DNA from: an uncultured virus (IMG/VR IMGVR_UViG_3300028561_000554)
Lineage: Duplodnaviria; Heunggongvirae; Uroviricota; Caudoviricetes
DNA length: 64,000 bases
IMG/VR virus record: IMGVR_UViG_3300028561_000554
Strand: one strand, 5' to 3'
In this document: one piece after another, positions 36,224-45,541 of the stretch
Numbering within the stretch: the first letter of the stretch is position 1
How the letters are laid out: every line of letters starts with the position of its first letter
Made by a program: the position numbers and the translations under genes
Notes under the pieces: generated by a model
What the model was told of the DNA's origin: nothing
The model's input: the letters and a program-made list of their open reading frames with translations, nothing else
Database searches by the model: none

Positions 36224-38889
36224 TGGCGAGAACCGCAAAAGCAAGAGAAAGACCGAAAAATTATCCGAAGCTGACAGACTACAATCCCTCACGCTTCATG
36301 CTGCCGGATTCGCACTACGATGCAGAAAAGGCAGACAGGGCTGTTCGTTTTATCGAAAACCTCTGCCATACCAAAGGTCGCTGGGCGGGTAAACCGTTCT
36401 GGCTGCTGCCTTGGCAGGAGCAGATCATACGGGATATTTTCGGTATCGTCAAGGAGGATGATACACGGCAGTTTCGGACGGTGTATGTCGAGATCCCTAA
36501 GAAAAATGGAAAACAGCTTGCATTGGATACACCTATCCCGACTCCGCAGGGATTCACCAATATGGGTGACCTGAAAGTCGGTGATACTGTATTTGACGAA
36601 AACGGTAAGCCGTGTCATGTCATTGCGAAAAGCCCTGTAGATGATACGGAACAAGCGTATAAGTTGACTTTCAAGGACGGCAGTTCGATCATTGCAGGAG
36701 AACGGCATTTGTGGAATTGCCAGTATATTTACGGAAAACGCAGAGATGTCCTGTGGACAACGGGTGAAATATATCGCCGAACGACGGAATATAGGGAACG
36801 GTTTTCTGACAGACCGCAGGCATTCAGAGATTCACTTATCAGAATCCCTGTTTGTGGTGTGCTTCAAACAACAAAGGCTGACCTTCCCGTTGATCCATAC
36901 CTTTATGGCTACTGGCTCGGAAACGGCAATGCAATGAAGCCGGAGATCACGATAAGAACGGAGGATGTTGATGATGTAATATCGTTTATCCCGTATAAGC
37001 CACACAATCGTTATCCGCAGAAATGCGGCGGCAGCGAAATTGTAAAATACAATGAGCTGAAACCAATATTGCTGGATTCATTTCGTGAAAAGAGAATCAG
37101 ACCTGAGTATCTGAGAGCATCAGAACCTCAGCGATGGACGCTCCTACAGGGGTTAATGGATTCAGATGGCTGCATAGGTGAGCGTAAGGGTCAAAGTGTA
37201 TATGTTACCACATTGCAGGATCTTGCGCTATCTGTCCGAGAACTGCTGTGGTCACTCGGAATCAAAAACGCAGTCAAATGCGAACCTTCTACGCGGCATG
37301 GTTGGCCTACCGGCGAAATACTGTATATCATTCGTTTCACCACTTTCGATAATCAGCCAACAACAAGACTGATAAGAAAAGGTGTAAGATCACGCATGAG
37401 GACAAGAGATACACGTTCCTGCTATCATTATCTGCTGGATATTCAACCTTTGGATTATCCTGTGAAGATGCAGTGCATTCAGGTGGACAGCCCAAGTCAT
37501 CAATATCTCGCAGGTACTTCAATGATACCTACGCACAACAGTGAGCTTGCCGCAGCGATAGCGCTGTATCTGCTTTACGCCGACAACGAGCCATCCGCCG
37601 AGGTATACGGTGCGGCAGCAGACCGTCAGCAGGCTTCTATCGTGTTTGAGGTTGCAAAGCGAATGGTAGAATTAACGCCTGCGCTCCTGAAACGCTCCAA
37701 AATTATGGCGGCAACAAAGCGGCTTGTGAACTACAGCAATGTGGGATTTTATCAGGTTTTATCGGCGGAAGTCGGAACAAAGCACGGTCTGAATGTATCT
37801 GGGCTTGTTTTGGATGAGCTTCATGTGCAGCCTAATCGAAATTTAGTGGATGTTCTCACAAAAGGTTCCGGCGATGCACGTACTCAACCGCTGTACTTTC
37901 TTATCACAACTGCCGGAACTGACAGGAATTCTATCTGCTTCGAGTACCACACAAAAGCGCAGGATATTCTGAAAGGACGGCGCATTGATCCGTCTTTTTA
38001 TCCGGTTATTTATGGGCTTGATGACGGCGACGACTGGAACGCAGAAGAATCGTGGTACAAAGCAAATCCCTCGCTGGGTCATACTATCACAATTGACCGT
38101 GTGCGGGATGCGCACCGTGAGGCACTCACAAATCCGGCGGAAGAAAATGTATTCCGTCAGCTTCGTCTTGATCAATGGGTTGGCAGTTCAGTTGCATGGA
38201 TTCCGGAGCATATTTACGACAAAGGAAATATTCCGATTGATTTGGAATTGCTCCGTGGGCGAGAGTGCTATGCAGGACTTGATCTTTCCAGCACAAGTGA
38301 CATAACCGCTTTTGTACTGGTGTTTCCACCTCTCCACGAGGGTGATAAATACATCGTTGTTCCTCATTTCTGGCTGCCGAGGGATACGCTCAACCTACGT
38401 GTCCGCAGAGATCACGTTCCCTACGATGTGTGGGAGCGAATGGGACTTTTCCACATCACAGAGGGCAATGTTGTGGACTATAACTTCGTGCGAAAAACGG
38501 TCAACCAACTGCATGAGATCTATAACATCAAAGAAATCGCAGCAGACCGCTGGAATGCCACACAGCTAATTACCGATTTACAAGGCGATGGATTTACCGT
38601 TGTTCCTATGGGAATGGGCTTCAAAGATATGTCGCCGCCGATGAAAGAGCTGTACAAGCTGCTGTTAGAGGGAAAATTTATTCACGGCGGCAATCCTGTT
38701 TTGCGGTGGATGGCTGGAAATGTTGTTGCGGAAATTGATGCGGCGGAAAATATCAAGCCGAGCAAGAAAAAATCCACTGAAAAAATAGACGGCATTGTGG
38801 CATGGATCATGGCGCTTGATCGCTGTATCCGTCATGAGATGCAGGGCAGCGTTTATGATGATCCCGACCATGATCTGGTCATTATTTAA
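36223..38889 (+). CDS. terminase large subunit with intein
   Basis: PWQEQII, PKKNGK|SELAA Walker A, LDELH, GLDLSST.D, KIDG.VA. Confidence 0.95.
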   Translation: MARTAKARERPKNYPKLTDYNPSRFMLPDSHYDAEKADRAVRFIENLCHTKGRWAGKPFWLLPWQEQIIRDIFGIVKEDDTRQFRTVYVEIPKKNGKQLALDTPIPTPQGFTNMGDLKVGDTVFDENGKPCHVIAKSPVDDTEQAYKLTFKDGSSIIAGERHLWNCQYIYGKRRDVLWTTGEIYRRTTEYRERFSDRPQAFRDSLIRIPVCGVLQTTKADLPVDPYLYGYWLGNGNAMKPEITIRTEDVDDVISFIPYKPHNRYPQKCGGSEIVKYNELKPILLDSFREKRIRPEYLRASEPQRWTLLQGLMDSDGCIGERKGQSVYVTTLQDLALSVRELLWSLGIKNAVKCEPSTRHGWPTGEILYIIRFTTFDNQPTTRLIRKGVRSRMRTRDTRSCYHYLLDIQPLDYPVKMQCIQVDSPSHQYLAGTSMIPTHNSELAAAIALYLLYADNEPSAEVYGAAADRQQASIVFEVAKRMVELTPALLKRSKIMAATKRLVNYSNVGFYQVLSAEVGTKHGLNVSGLVLDELHVQPNRNLVDVLTKGSGDARTQPLYFLITTAGTDRNSICFEYHTKAQDILKGRRIDPSFYPVIYGLDDGDDWNAEESWYKANPSLGHTITIDRVRDAHREALTNPAEENVFRQLRLDQWVGSSVAWIPEHIYDKGNIPIDLELLRGRECYAGLDLSSTSDITAFVLVFPPLHEGDKYIVVPHFWLPRDTLNLRVRRDHVPYDVWERMGLFHITEGNVVDYNFVRKTVNQLHEIYNIKEIAADRWNATQLITDLQGDGFTVVPMGMGFKDMSPPMKELYKLLLEGKFIHGGNPVLRWMAGNVVAEIDAAENIKPSKKKSTEKIDGIVAWIMALDRCIRHEMQGSVYDDPDHDLVII
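36514..37539 (+). mobile_element. class-3-type intein (342 aa) starting with Gln, with LAGLIDADG domain
   Basis: NGK|QLALDTP...ERHLW...LQGLMDSDG...MQCIQVD...IPTHN|SELA. Confidence 0.92.
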
Positions 38890-38902
38890 GGAGGGCGATA
38901 AT

Positions 38903-40201
38903 ATGGGATTTATGAGTTGGCTTGGATTCGGAAAGCCGAGAGACGCGCCGAAAATCCCCGATATTTCGGACAATGTCCGTGATTCGGGTAATCTGTTTGT
39001 TTTCGGCATGACGCACAGCGGTGAGCGTGTGGACGAGCGAACTGCAATGCAGATCGTAACCGTTTATGCCTGCGTCAGACTGCTCTCAAATACGATCGCA
39101 GGACTTCCCCTGCACCTCTACAGATACACCGGCAAGGGCGAGGATAAGGAGTTAGCGTTCGATCATCCGCTATATAAAATTTTGTATCGTCAGCCCAATC
39201 CCGAAATGAGTTCCTTTTCATTCTGGGAGGCTCTGATGTGCCATTTATTGCTGTGGGGTAACGCCTATGCGCAGATCGTCCGGGACGGCAAAAACGGCAT
39301 TTTAGGGCTGTATCCGCTGCTGCCGGAGAATGTGGAGATCGACCGTGACAAAAATGGAAACCTATTCTACACTTACCACGCTTACACAGACGAAAAGCCC
39401 GGCGAGCATGACAAGGACATCATTTTTCAGCGTGATGAAATTCTTCACATTCCGGGTTTGGGATTCAACGGACTGGTGGGATTTTCGCCCATTGCCATGA
39501 TGAAAAATGCGCTGGGTTCGGCAATGGCAGTGGAGCGATACGGCAATGCTTTCTTCAAAAACGGCGCGCAGCCTGCCGGAGTTCTGGAGCATCCGGGGGT
39601 TCTCAAAAATCCTGAGAAGATCAGGGAGAATTGGTCACGAGTTTACGGCGGTGCAAGAAATGCTCATCGCATTGCAGTTTTAGAGGAGGGCATGTCCTAC
39701 AAACCGATCTCACTTCCGCCCGAAGATTCGCAGTTTTTGTCGACTCGTGAATTTGACGTGGAGGAGATCTGCCGTATGTTTCAGGTGCCGCCCCATCTGG
39801 TGCAGGACTTGAAACGCAGCACTTTCAACAACATCGAAAATCAAGGCATCGCATTTGTGCAGTATTCCTTGATGCCGTGGATCATCCGCATTGAAAAGGG
39901 CATTATCAAAGATCTGCTTTTAGAGGAAGAACAGGATATTTACTTTCCAAAATTCAACGTGGACGGACTGATGCGCGGCGACTATCAATCCCGCATGAAC
40001 GCTTATGCGATCGGTGTGGGAAATGGCTTCTTTTCGCCAAATGATGTGCGCCGTCTTGAAAATATGGATTTGATTCCCGACGAACAGGGCGGCAATGATT
40101 TCTACCTCAACGGGAGCTACAATAAATTGCAGGATGCGGGTGCGGCATATGCCGTAAATCAGCCGAAAACAAACGATAATACGTCAGAAAATGAAGAATA
40201 A
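38903..40201 (+). CDS. portal protein, HK97 family
   Basis: VYACVRLLS, LLWGNAYA, GFSPI, VLEEGM, EICRMFQVPP. Confidence 0.95.
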   Translation: MGFMSWLGFGKPRDAPKIPDISDNVRDSGNLFVFGMTHSGERVDERTAMQIVTVYACVRLLSNTIAGLPLHLYRYTGKGEDKELAFDHPLYKILYRQPNPEMSSFSFWEALMCHLLLWGNAYAQIVRDGKNGILGLYPLLPENVEIDRDKNGNLFYTYHAYTDEKPGEHDKDIIFQRDEILHIPGLGFNGLVGFSPIAMMKNALGSAMAVERYGNAFFKNGAQPAGVLEHPGVLKNPEKIRENWSRVYGGARNAHRIAVLEEGMSYKPISLPPEDSQFLSTREFDVEEICRMFQVPPHLVQDLKRSTFNNIENQGIAFVQYSLMPWIIRIEKGIIKDLLLEEEQDIYFPKFNVDGLMRGDYQSRMNAYAIGVGNGFFSPNDVRRLENMDLIPDEQGGNDFYLNGSYNKLQDAGAAYAVNQPKTNDNTSENEE

Positions 40202-40214
40202 TGGAGGAGATAAT

Positions 40215-41117
40215 ATGCAGAAATTCTGGAACTGGATCCACGATGACAGCGGCGGCAGGGTTCTCCGCCTTGAAGGACCTATCGACTCGGAGTCGTTCTG
40301 GGGCAATGAGATCACGCCGCAGGATTTCCGTGACGAGCTGTACGCAGAGGAGGGAGACATCACTCTTTGGGTCAACTCGCCCGGCGGCAACGTTTTTGCG
40401 GCAGCCGAAATTTACACGATGATTCGGGATTATCCGCACAAGATCACTGTGAAAATTGCAAGCATCGCAGCATCGGCAGCAAGCGTGATCGCAATGGCTG
40501 GAGATACCGTGCAGATGTCACCGATAGCTTTGTTAATGGTGCATGATCCGTCCACAATCGCTATGGGAAACGCCAAGGACATGGAAAAAGCAATCAGCAC
40601 TTTGAATGAAGTCAAGGAGAGCATTATCAACGCATACGCCGCAAAGACGGGACTTTCCCGAAGTAAAATTTCAAAGCTGATGAGCGATGAGACATGGATC
40701 AATGCGAAAAAAGCTGTGGAGTTAGGCTTTGCGGATGAAATTCTCTTTGACGAAAAATCGAAAGAAAAGCCCGATGATGAGCCGGAAGAACCCGACAAGC
40801 CGGATGAGGAAGGCGGTGACGATGAAGGAGATGAAGAGAAAAAAGAACCTGACAAGGAGAAGAAGCCGTTTAAGTTGGACACCGATGCCCTTTGGCAGTA
40901 CAGTACCCGTATCATGGGACAGACCATTCTGGGAAAAATCGGCGCATACTGCAAAAATCCGGACGAAAACAACAGTGCCGATAACACGCCGAAATCTTCC
41001 GAGAAAGGGCTGACTGTCACAATGCCGGATATGCCTGTGATCGGCATGGACGGCAAAACTGCTGACGGCTCTATGCCGTATGAAATTCTTAGGAAACAGC
41101 TTGCTTTCATGAAATAA
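40215..41117 (+). CDS. ClpP-like prohead protease
   Basis: NSPGGNV, AASAAS, MVHDP, ETWINAKKAVELGFAD. Confidence 0.93.
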   Translation: MQKFWNWIHDDSGGRVLRLEGPIDSESFWGNEITPQDFRDELYAEEGDITLWVNSPGGNVFAAAEIYTMIRDYPHKITVKIASIAASAASVIAMAGDTVQMSPIALLMVHDPSTIAMGNAKDMEKAISTLNEVKESIINAYAAKTGLSRSKISKLMSDETWINAKKAVELGFADEILFDEKSKEKPDDEPEEPDKPDEEGGDDEGDEEKKEPDKEKKPFKLDTDALWQYSTRIMGQTILGKIGAYCKNPDENNSADNTPKSSEKGLTVTMPDMPVIGMDGKTADGSMPYEILRKQLAFMK

Positions 41118-41172
41118 GCGGGCTGTTATTTTTATGCGATACCGGAAAATTCCGGAGAAATGGAGAAAAGAT

Positions 41173-42396
41173 ATGAGCAAAATTATGGAACTTCGCAGCA
41201 AACGAAATACCCTGTGGGAGCAGACAAAGGACTTCCTTGAAAAACACCGTGGCGAGAACGGTCTTGTGGAAGCTTCCGCTGTCGAGCAGTACAACAAGAT
41301 GGCAAGTGAGGTGCAGGCTCTCGGCGCAGAGATCGAGCGTCTGGAACAGCAGGCTGCCGTGGATGCTGCGCTTTCTGCACCAACTTCAAAACCTGTCAAC
41401 AATGCGCCCAATCAGTCTGCATCCAAAGCGGAGGGAACTGCAAGTGACGAGTACAAAAACGCCTTCTGGGATATGATCCGCAACAAGGGAGATCAGTTCG
41501 CCGTCCGCAATGCCCTTTCTGTCGGCGAGGACACCGAGGGCGGCTACACTGTTCCCCCGGAGTTTGAACGCCGTCTGATTCAGGCTCTTGAGGAAAACAA
41601 CATCTTCCGCCAGATGGCGACTGTCATCAAGACAAATTCCGGCACTCGCAAAATTCCTATCGCCAACGATACGATGGAGGCCCAGTGGATCGACGAGGGC
41701 GAGGAGATTCCCGAAACTGATACAAAGTTCGGACAGACAACCCTTTCCGCTTACAAACTGGGTACGATGATCAAGATCAGTAACGAGCTGCTGCACGATT
41801 CCGCTTTCGACCTTGCAAGCTATATCGCCACTCGTTTCGGCGTAGCAATGGGAAATGCGGAGGAGCGCGCATTTTTCACAGGTGACGGCGACAAAAAGCC
41901 TCTCGGAATCCTTGCGGAAACAGGCGGCGCAGAGCTTGGTGTAACTTCTGCATCTCAGACGGCGATCACTTTTGATGAGATTTTCGACCTCTACTACAGC
42001 CTGAAATCGCCCTACCGCCGCAATGCGCAGTTCATCTGTAACGAGACGCTTCTTCTCCAGCTTATGAAGCTGAAGGACAAAAACGACAACTATATTTGGA
42101 AGCCCAGCCTTGATATCGCCAAGCCCGATACCATTCTCGGCAGACCTGTCCACACCAGTTCCTTCATGCCCACAGTCGGCAAGGGCGAGCGTGTTCTTCT
42201 CTTCGGCGACCTGAAAAATTACTGGGTTGCCGACCGTCAGAACCGCACCTTCCGCCGCCTGAACGAGCTGTATGCACGCACAGATCAGGTAGGCTTTATG
42301 ACGACTCAGCGTGTGGACGGCAGGCTGATCCTGCCTGAATCCGTTAAGGTTCTGAAAATGGCAGGAAGTAAGGCGACTACAGGCGGTACAACCTGA
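41173..42396 (+). CDS. major capsid protein, HK97 fold
   Basis: EGGYTVP, ISNELL.DS, GDGDKKPLGI, KLKD..DNYIW, RVDG. Confidence 0.95.
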   Translation: MSKIMELRSKRNTLWEQTKDFLEKHRGENGLVEASAVEQYNKMASEVQALGAEIERLEQQAAVDAALSAPTSKPVNNAPNQSASKAEGTASDEYKNAFWDMIRNKGDQFAVRNALSVGEDTEGGYTVPPEFERRLIQALEENNIFRQMATVIKTNSGTRKIPIANDTMEAQWIDEGEEIPETDTKFGQTTLSAYKLGTMIKISNELLHDSAFDLASYIATRFGVAMGNAEERAFFTGDGDKKPLGILAETGGAELGVTSASQTAITFDEIFDLYYSLKSPYRRNAQFICNETLLLQLMKLKDKNDNYIWKPSLDIAKPDTILGRPVHTSSFMPTVGKGERVLLFGDLKNYWVADRQNRTFRRLNELYARTDQVGFMTTQRVDGRLILPESVKVLKMAGSKATTGGTT

Positions 42397-42414
42397 TAAG
42401 AACGGAGGGCAGCT

Positions 42415-42693
42415 ATGAGTTTGCTTTCACTGCCGGAAACGAAAAATTATCTCCGTGTTGACAACTGTGAGGATGACAAGCTCATCCTCACGCTGATCGA
42501 CACTGCGCATCGGCTTGTAATGGATGTGGGGCGCATGGACGAAAAGCAGCTTGCAGAGAATGAGGAAACCTCACGTCAGGCTATGCTTTACACAGTTTCC
42601 TACCTCTACGAAAACCGAAATACTGCGGATTTTCACAAGCTGACTCTCACCTTGCGTTCCATTTTATTTGCACAGCGTGAAGGAGTGATTTAG
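42415..42693 (+). CDS. head-tail connector (gp6-like)
   Basis: KNYLRVD..EDD.LI, YLYENR. Confidence 0.88.
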   Translation: MSLLSLPETKNYLRVDNCEDDKLILTLIDTAHRLVMDVGRMDEKQLAENEETSRQAMLYTVSYLYENRNTADFHKLTLTLRSILFAQREGVI

Positions 42694-43046
42694 TGGAAAT
42701 CGGGAAATTAAATCAGCGTATCACGATTTTAGCGCAATCGACACATGTCGATAACATTGGAAATCACAAGGCTCAGTGGGAGGAATTATTCTCCTGCTGG
42801 GCTGCTGTTTCGGTGAAAAACTCGGCTGAAAATTCCGATAACGGCACTACAAAAGAGGTGCAGACATTGCAGTTTATGATCCGGCAAAATAATATGACAA
42901 TGGGAATTACTACAACTGCAAACCGCATTTCTTTTCGTGGTATTCTGTATGATATTATCGGAATATCGCCAAATTATGAGTATCGTGATTATCTGAAAGT
43001 CACTGCAAAAGCAAGGAAAGCAGGTGCTTCTGATGACCAGTATTGA
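42693..43046 (+). CDS. head closure protein
   Basis: IGKLNQRITI, CWAAV, synteny. Confidence 0.85.
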   Translation: MEIGKLNQRITILAQSTHVDNIGNHKAQWEELFSCWAAVSVKNSAENSDNGTTKEVQTLQFMIRQNNMTMGITTTANRISFRGILYDIIGISPNYEYRDYLKVTAKARKAGASDDQY

Positions 43047-43401
43047 CGATATGGCTGATGAAATTATGAAAGGCTTACAGGAATATGCAGACCTTGCGGA
43101 TACTGCCATGAAAAAGGCAGTCCGCAAGACTGCCACATCTGTTAAAAATGAAATTTCTGCAAATGCTCCGAAACGAACAGGAAAATATGCGAAAAGCTGG
43201 ACGACGAAAAAAGTCAAGGAGAATAGCCATTCTCTTGAAATTACCGTCCATTCCAAAGACCGCTATCAGATTGCACACTTACTCGAAAAGGGACACGCTA
43301 AGCGGAATGGTGGACGAGTTGCAGGCAAGCCGCATATTGCTCCTGCAGAGGAAAACGGAGTAGATTTATTGGAATCGCTCATTGAAAAGGAGTTGTCATG
43401 A
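43033..43401 (+). CDS. HK97 gp10-like protein
   Basis: APKRTGKYAKSW, HLLEKGH, PHIAPA. Confidence 0.85.
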   Translation: MTSIDDMADEIMKGLQEYADLADTAMKKAVRKTATSVKNEISANAPKRTGKYAKSWTTKKVKENSHSLEITVHSKDRYQIAHLLEKGHAKRNGGRVAGKPHIAPAEENGVDLLESLIEKELS

Positions 43402-43715
43402 GTTACGAAGAAATCAACGAAATGATGCTTGAAATGGGGCTGCCCTTCGCATACCACCATTTTGCCGAGGGCGAAAGTCCGAAGCCGCCTTTTCTGATTT
43501 TTCTGTCACCGGGCGAGCATACTTTTTCGGCGGATAATCGGATGTATCACAGCTTCAAAAAGCTGGATATTGAACTGTATACCGATGAAAAATCTCCCGA
43601 AACAGAGGCGGAGATCGAAGCTGTTCTGCGGCATCATCACATTTTTTACAACAAAACCGAAACATGGATCGCATCTGAAGAGATGTATGAAGTGTTATAC
43701 GAAATGGAGGTTTGA
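43398..43715 (+). CDS. tail completion protein
   Basis: Synteny; FSADN, IELYTDEK. Confidence 0.7.
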   Translation: MSYEEINEMMLEMGLPFAYHHFAEGESPKPPFLIFLSPGEHTFSADNRMYHSFKKLDIELYTDEKSPETEAEIEAVLRHHHIFYNKTETWIASEEMYEVLYEMEV

Positions 43716-43718
43716 GCT

Positions 43719-44315
43719 ATGGAAAAAAATAAGATCAAATTTGGTCTGAACAGAGTGCATTGGGCGAAAATTTTGTCTTATGATGAAGATGGAATGCCTG
43801 TATATGCTGCGCCGGTCAGGCTGCCCGGCGCTGTATCGCTAAGCATTGACGCAAGCGGCGAAAATGAGCCGTTTTTTGCCGATAATTGCGTGTATTATAT
43901 GTGCAACAATAATTCCGGATATGAGGGGGATTTGGAGATTGCCCTCGTAACTACTGATTTTGCAACGGAAATCCTGGGGCAGAAACTGGACAGCAAGGGC
44001 GTTCTTGTGGAAAGCAATGATGCGGAAGTTGCCGAGTTTGCGTTGTTTTTCGAGTTTGAGGGCGACAAGCATAAGATTCGCCATGTGATGTATCGTTGTT
44101 CTGTGGCGCGTCCTGCAACGGAATCTGCAACTACTGAGGATTCCAAGGAAGTAAAGACGGAGTCCCTGTCGCTGACCGCTTCGGCTCTCGAAAATGGGCT
44201 TGTAAAGTCAAAAAGCTGCGAGGCAACGGACAAGACGGTTTATGATAACTGGTACAAATCTGTCTATATTCCGACTTTTTCAACCGCTAAGACGCCTGCC
44301 AAAACAACATCTTAA
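43719..44315 (+). CDS. major tail protein, phi13 family
   Basis: KIKFGL, PGAVSLS, FFADN, GYEGDLEIA, FALFFEFEGD. Confidence 0.9.
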   Translation: MEKNKIKFGLNRVHWAKILSYDEDGMPVYAAPVRLPGAVSLSIDASGENEPFFADNCVYYMCNNNSGYEGDLEIALVTTDFATEILGQKLDSKGVLVESNDAEVAEFALFFEFEGDKHKIRHVMYRCSVARPATESATTEDSKEVKTESLSLTASALENGLVKSKSCEATDKTVYDNWYKSVYIPTFSTAKTPAKTTS

Positions 44316-44327
44316 TGGAGGTACAGT

Positions 44328-44708
44328 ATGGCTATCAAGAAAAATATTATCGTAGACGGAATCGAAGTACCGTTCAAAGCGAGCGCCGCTGTGCCTCGTC
44401 TTTATCGTCTGAAATTTGGTCGTGATATCTATAAAGATTTTGCTTCTTTGCAGAAAAATGTCAAAGAGGGTGATGAGGAAAACTCCACGCTTGACATTGA
44501 AAGTCTGGAGGTTTTTGAAAATATAGCCTTCGTAATGGCGAAACACGCAGACCCGGAGAACGTTCCCGATAATCCCGATGACTTTTTGGAGCAGTTCAAC
44601 ACGTTCAGTATTTATGAAATTCTTCCGCAGCTTATTGAATTGTGGGGACTGAATACCGCCACGCAAGTGGAATCTAAAAAAAACATCGCAAAACTGACCG
44701 CCCGATGA
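44328..44708 (+). CDS. tail assembly chaperone (G-like)
   Basis: Follows the major tail gene; ends near an A8 slippery run. Confidence 0.8.
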   Translation: MAIKKNIIVDGIEVPFKASAAVPRLYRLKFGRDIYKDFASLQKNVKEGDEENSTLDIESLEVFENIAFVMAKHADPENVPDNPDDFLEQFNTFSIYEILPQLIELWGLNTATQVESKKNIAKLTAR

Positions 44709-44869
44709 CGACTCCGCTTTTCCTCCTGAGATGCAAACAGCTCGGTCTTTCGATGACCGAGCTTGATTTGCTGACAATTGGTTTGATTAATGATATGTTC
44801 AGTGAACGTGAGCGAGATGATGAAAAATGGAGCATTCTTGCAGATCAGGATGCGATGGACAAATTTTAG
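44705..44869 (+). CDS. tail chaperone frameshift extension (T-like; not in ORF track)
   Basis: -1 frame open from the slippery site: HRKTDRPMTTPLFLLRCKQLGLS...DAMDKF. Confidence 0.75.
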   Translation: MTTPLFLLRCKQLGLSMTELDLLTIGLINDMFSERERDDEKWSILADQDAMDKF

Positions 44870-44898
44870 AAATATATCAACCAATAATCTTATATTTT

Positions 44899-45168
44899 TC
44901 ATTTATCTCCATAATGACCACGGCAACTGACAATATAAATTCTGTCACCTTCAACATGATATACAAGGCGATCCTTTTCATTAATTCGCCGACTAAATTC
45001 TCCATGTAGATTATTTTTCAAAGCTTCAGGCTGACCAATACCATCAAGACATCCATTTCTCTCTATATCCTTGATAAGCTGATTAATACGTTTCAGTGTC
45101 TTTTTGTCTTGTGCCTGCCAGTAAAGATAATCTTCCCATGCGTCATCTGACCAGATTTTTTCACTCAT
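44899..45168 (-). CDS. Txe/YoeB family toxin
   Basis: AWEDYLYWQ.QDKKTLKRINQLIKDI, G.GQPE.LK, SRRINEKDRLVY, GHY. Confidence 0.93.
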   Translation of the reverse strand: MSEKIWSDDAWEDYLYWQAQDKKTLKRINQLIKDIERNGCLDGIGQPEALKNNLHGEFSRRINEKDRLVYHVEGDRIYIVSCRGHYGDK

Positions 45169-45430
45169 CTTCCACCTCAATCAATTCATGAGCGGTACCC
45201 TTTCCGTCACGAAGTTCCTGAACTGCTTTCATGATATGTGCTTGATTTGCTTCGCTGTAAAAGGGATCAGCGGACTGAGAAATCTCAAACGGAATGCGGT
45301 GTTCACGCAGAACGGCTTTTACAAAAAGGTTGATAGCAGCGGATGTGTTTAATCCTACATCAGAGCAAAAATTATCAAATGCCATTTTATCATTCTCGTC
45401 AATGCGAGCAGAGATTGTTGCTTGTGCCAT
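45161..45430 (-). CDS. RelB/DinJ family antitoxin
   Basis: ISARID..K..F..GLNTSAAINLF....IPFEI. Confidence 0.9.
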   Translation of the reverse strand: MAQATISARIDENDKMAFDNFCSDVGLNTSAAINLFVKAVLREHRIPFEISQSADPFYSEANQAHIMKAVQELRDGKGTAHELIEVEDE

Positions 45431-45464
45431 ATTAGCAACTCCTTTCAGTATTATTCTTGCTTCT

Positions 45465-45493
45465 ATTATACCACTATTGTATGCAAATTGCAA
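45465..45493 (-). promoter_or_regulatory. toxin-antitoxin operon promoter
   Basis: TTGCAA-17-TATAAT on the minus strand. Confidence 0.7.
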
Positions 45494-45541
45494 GCGTTTG
45501 TATAACAATTTTAAAATTTTTTTGAAAAGAGGTGACCCACC

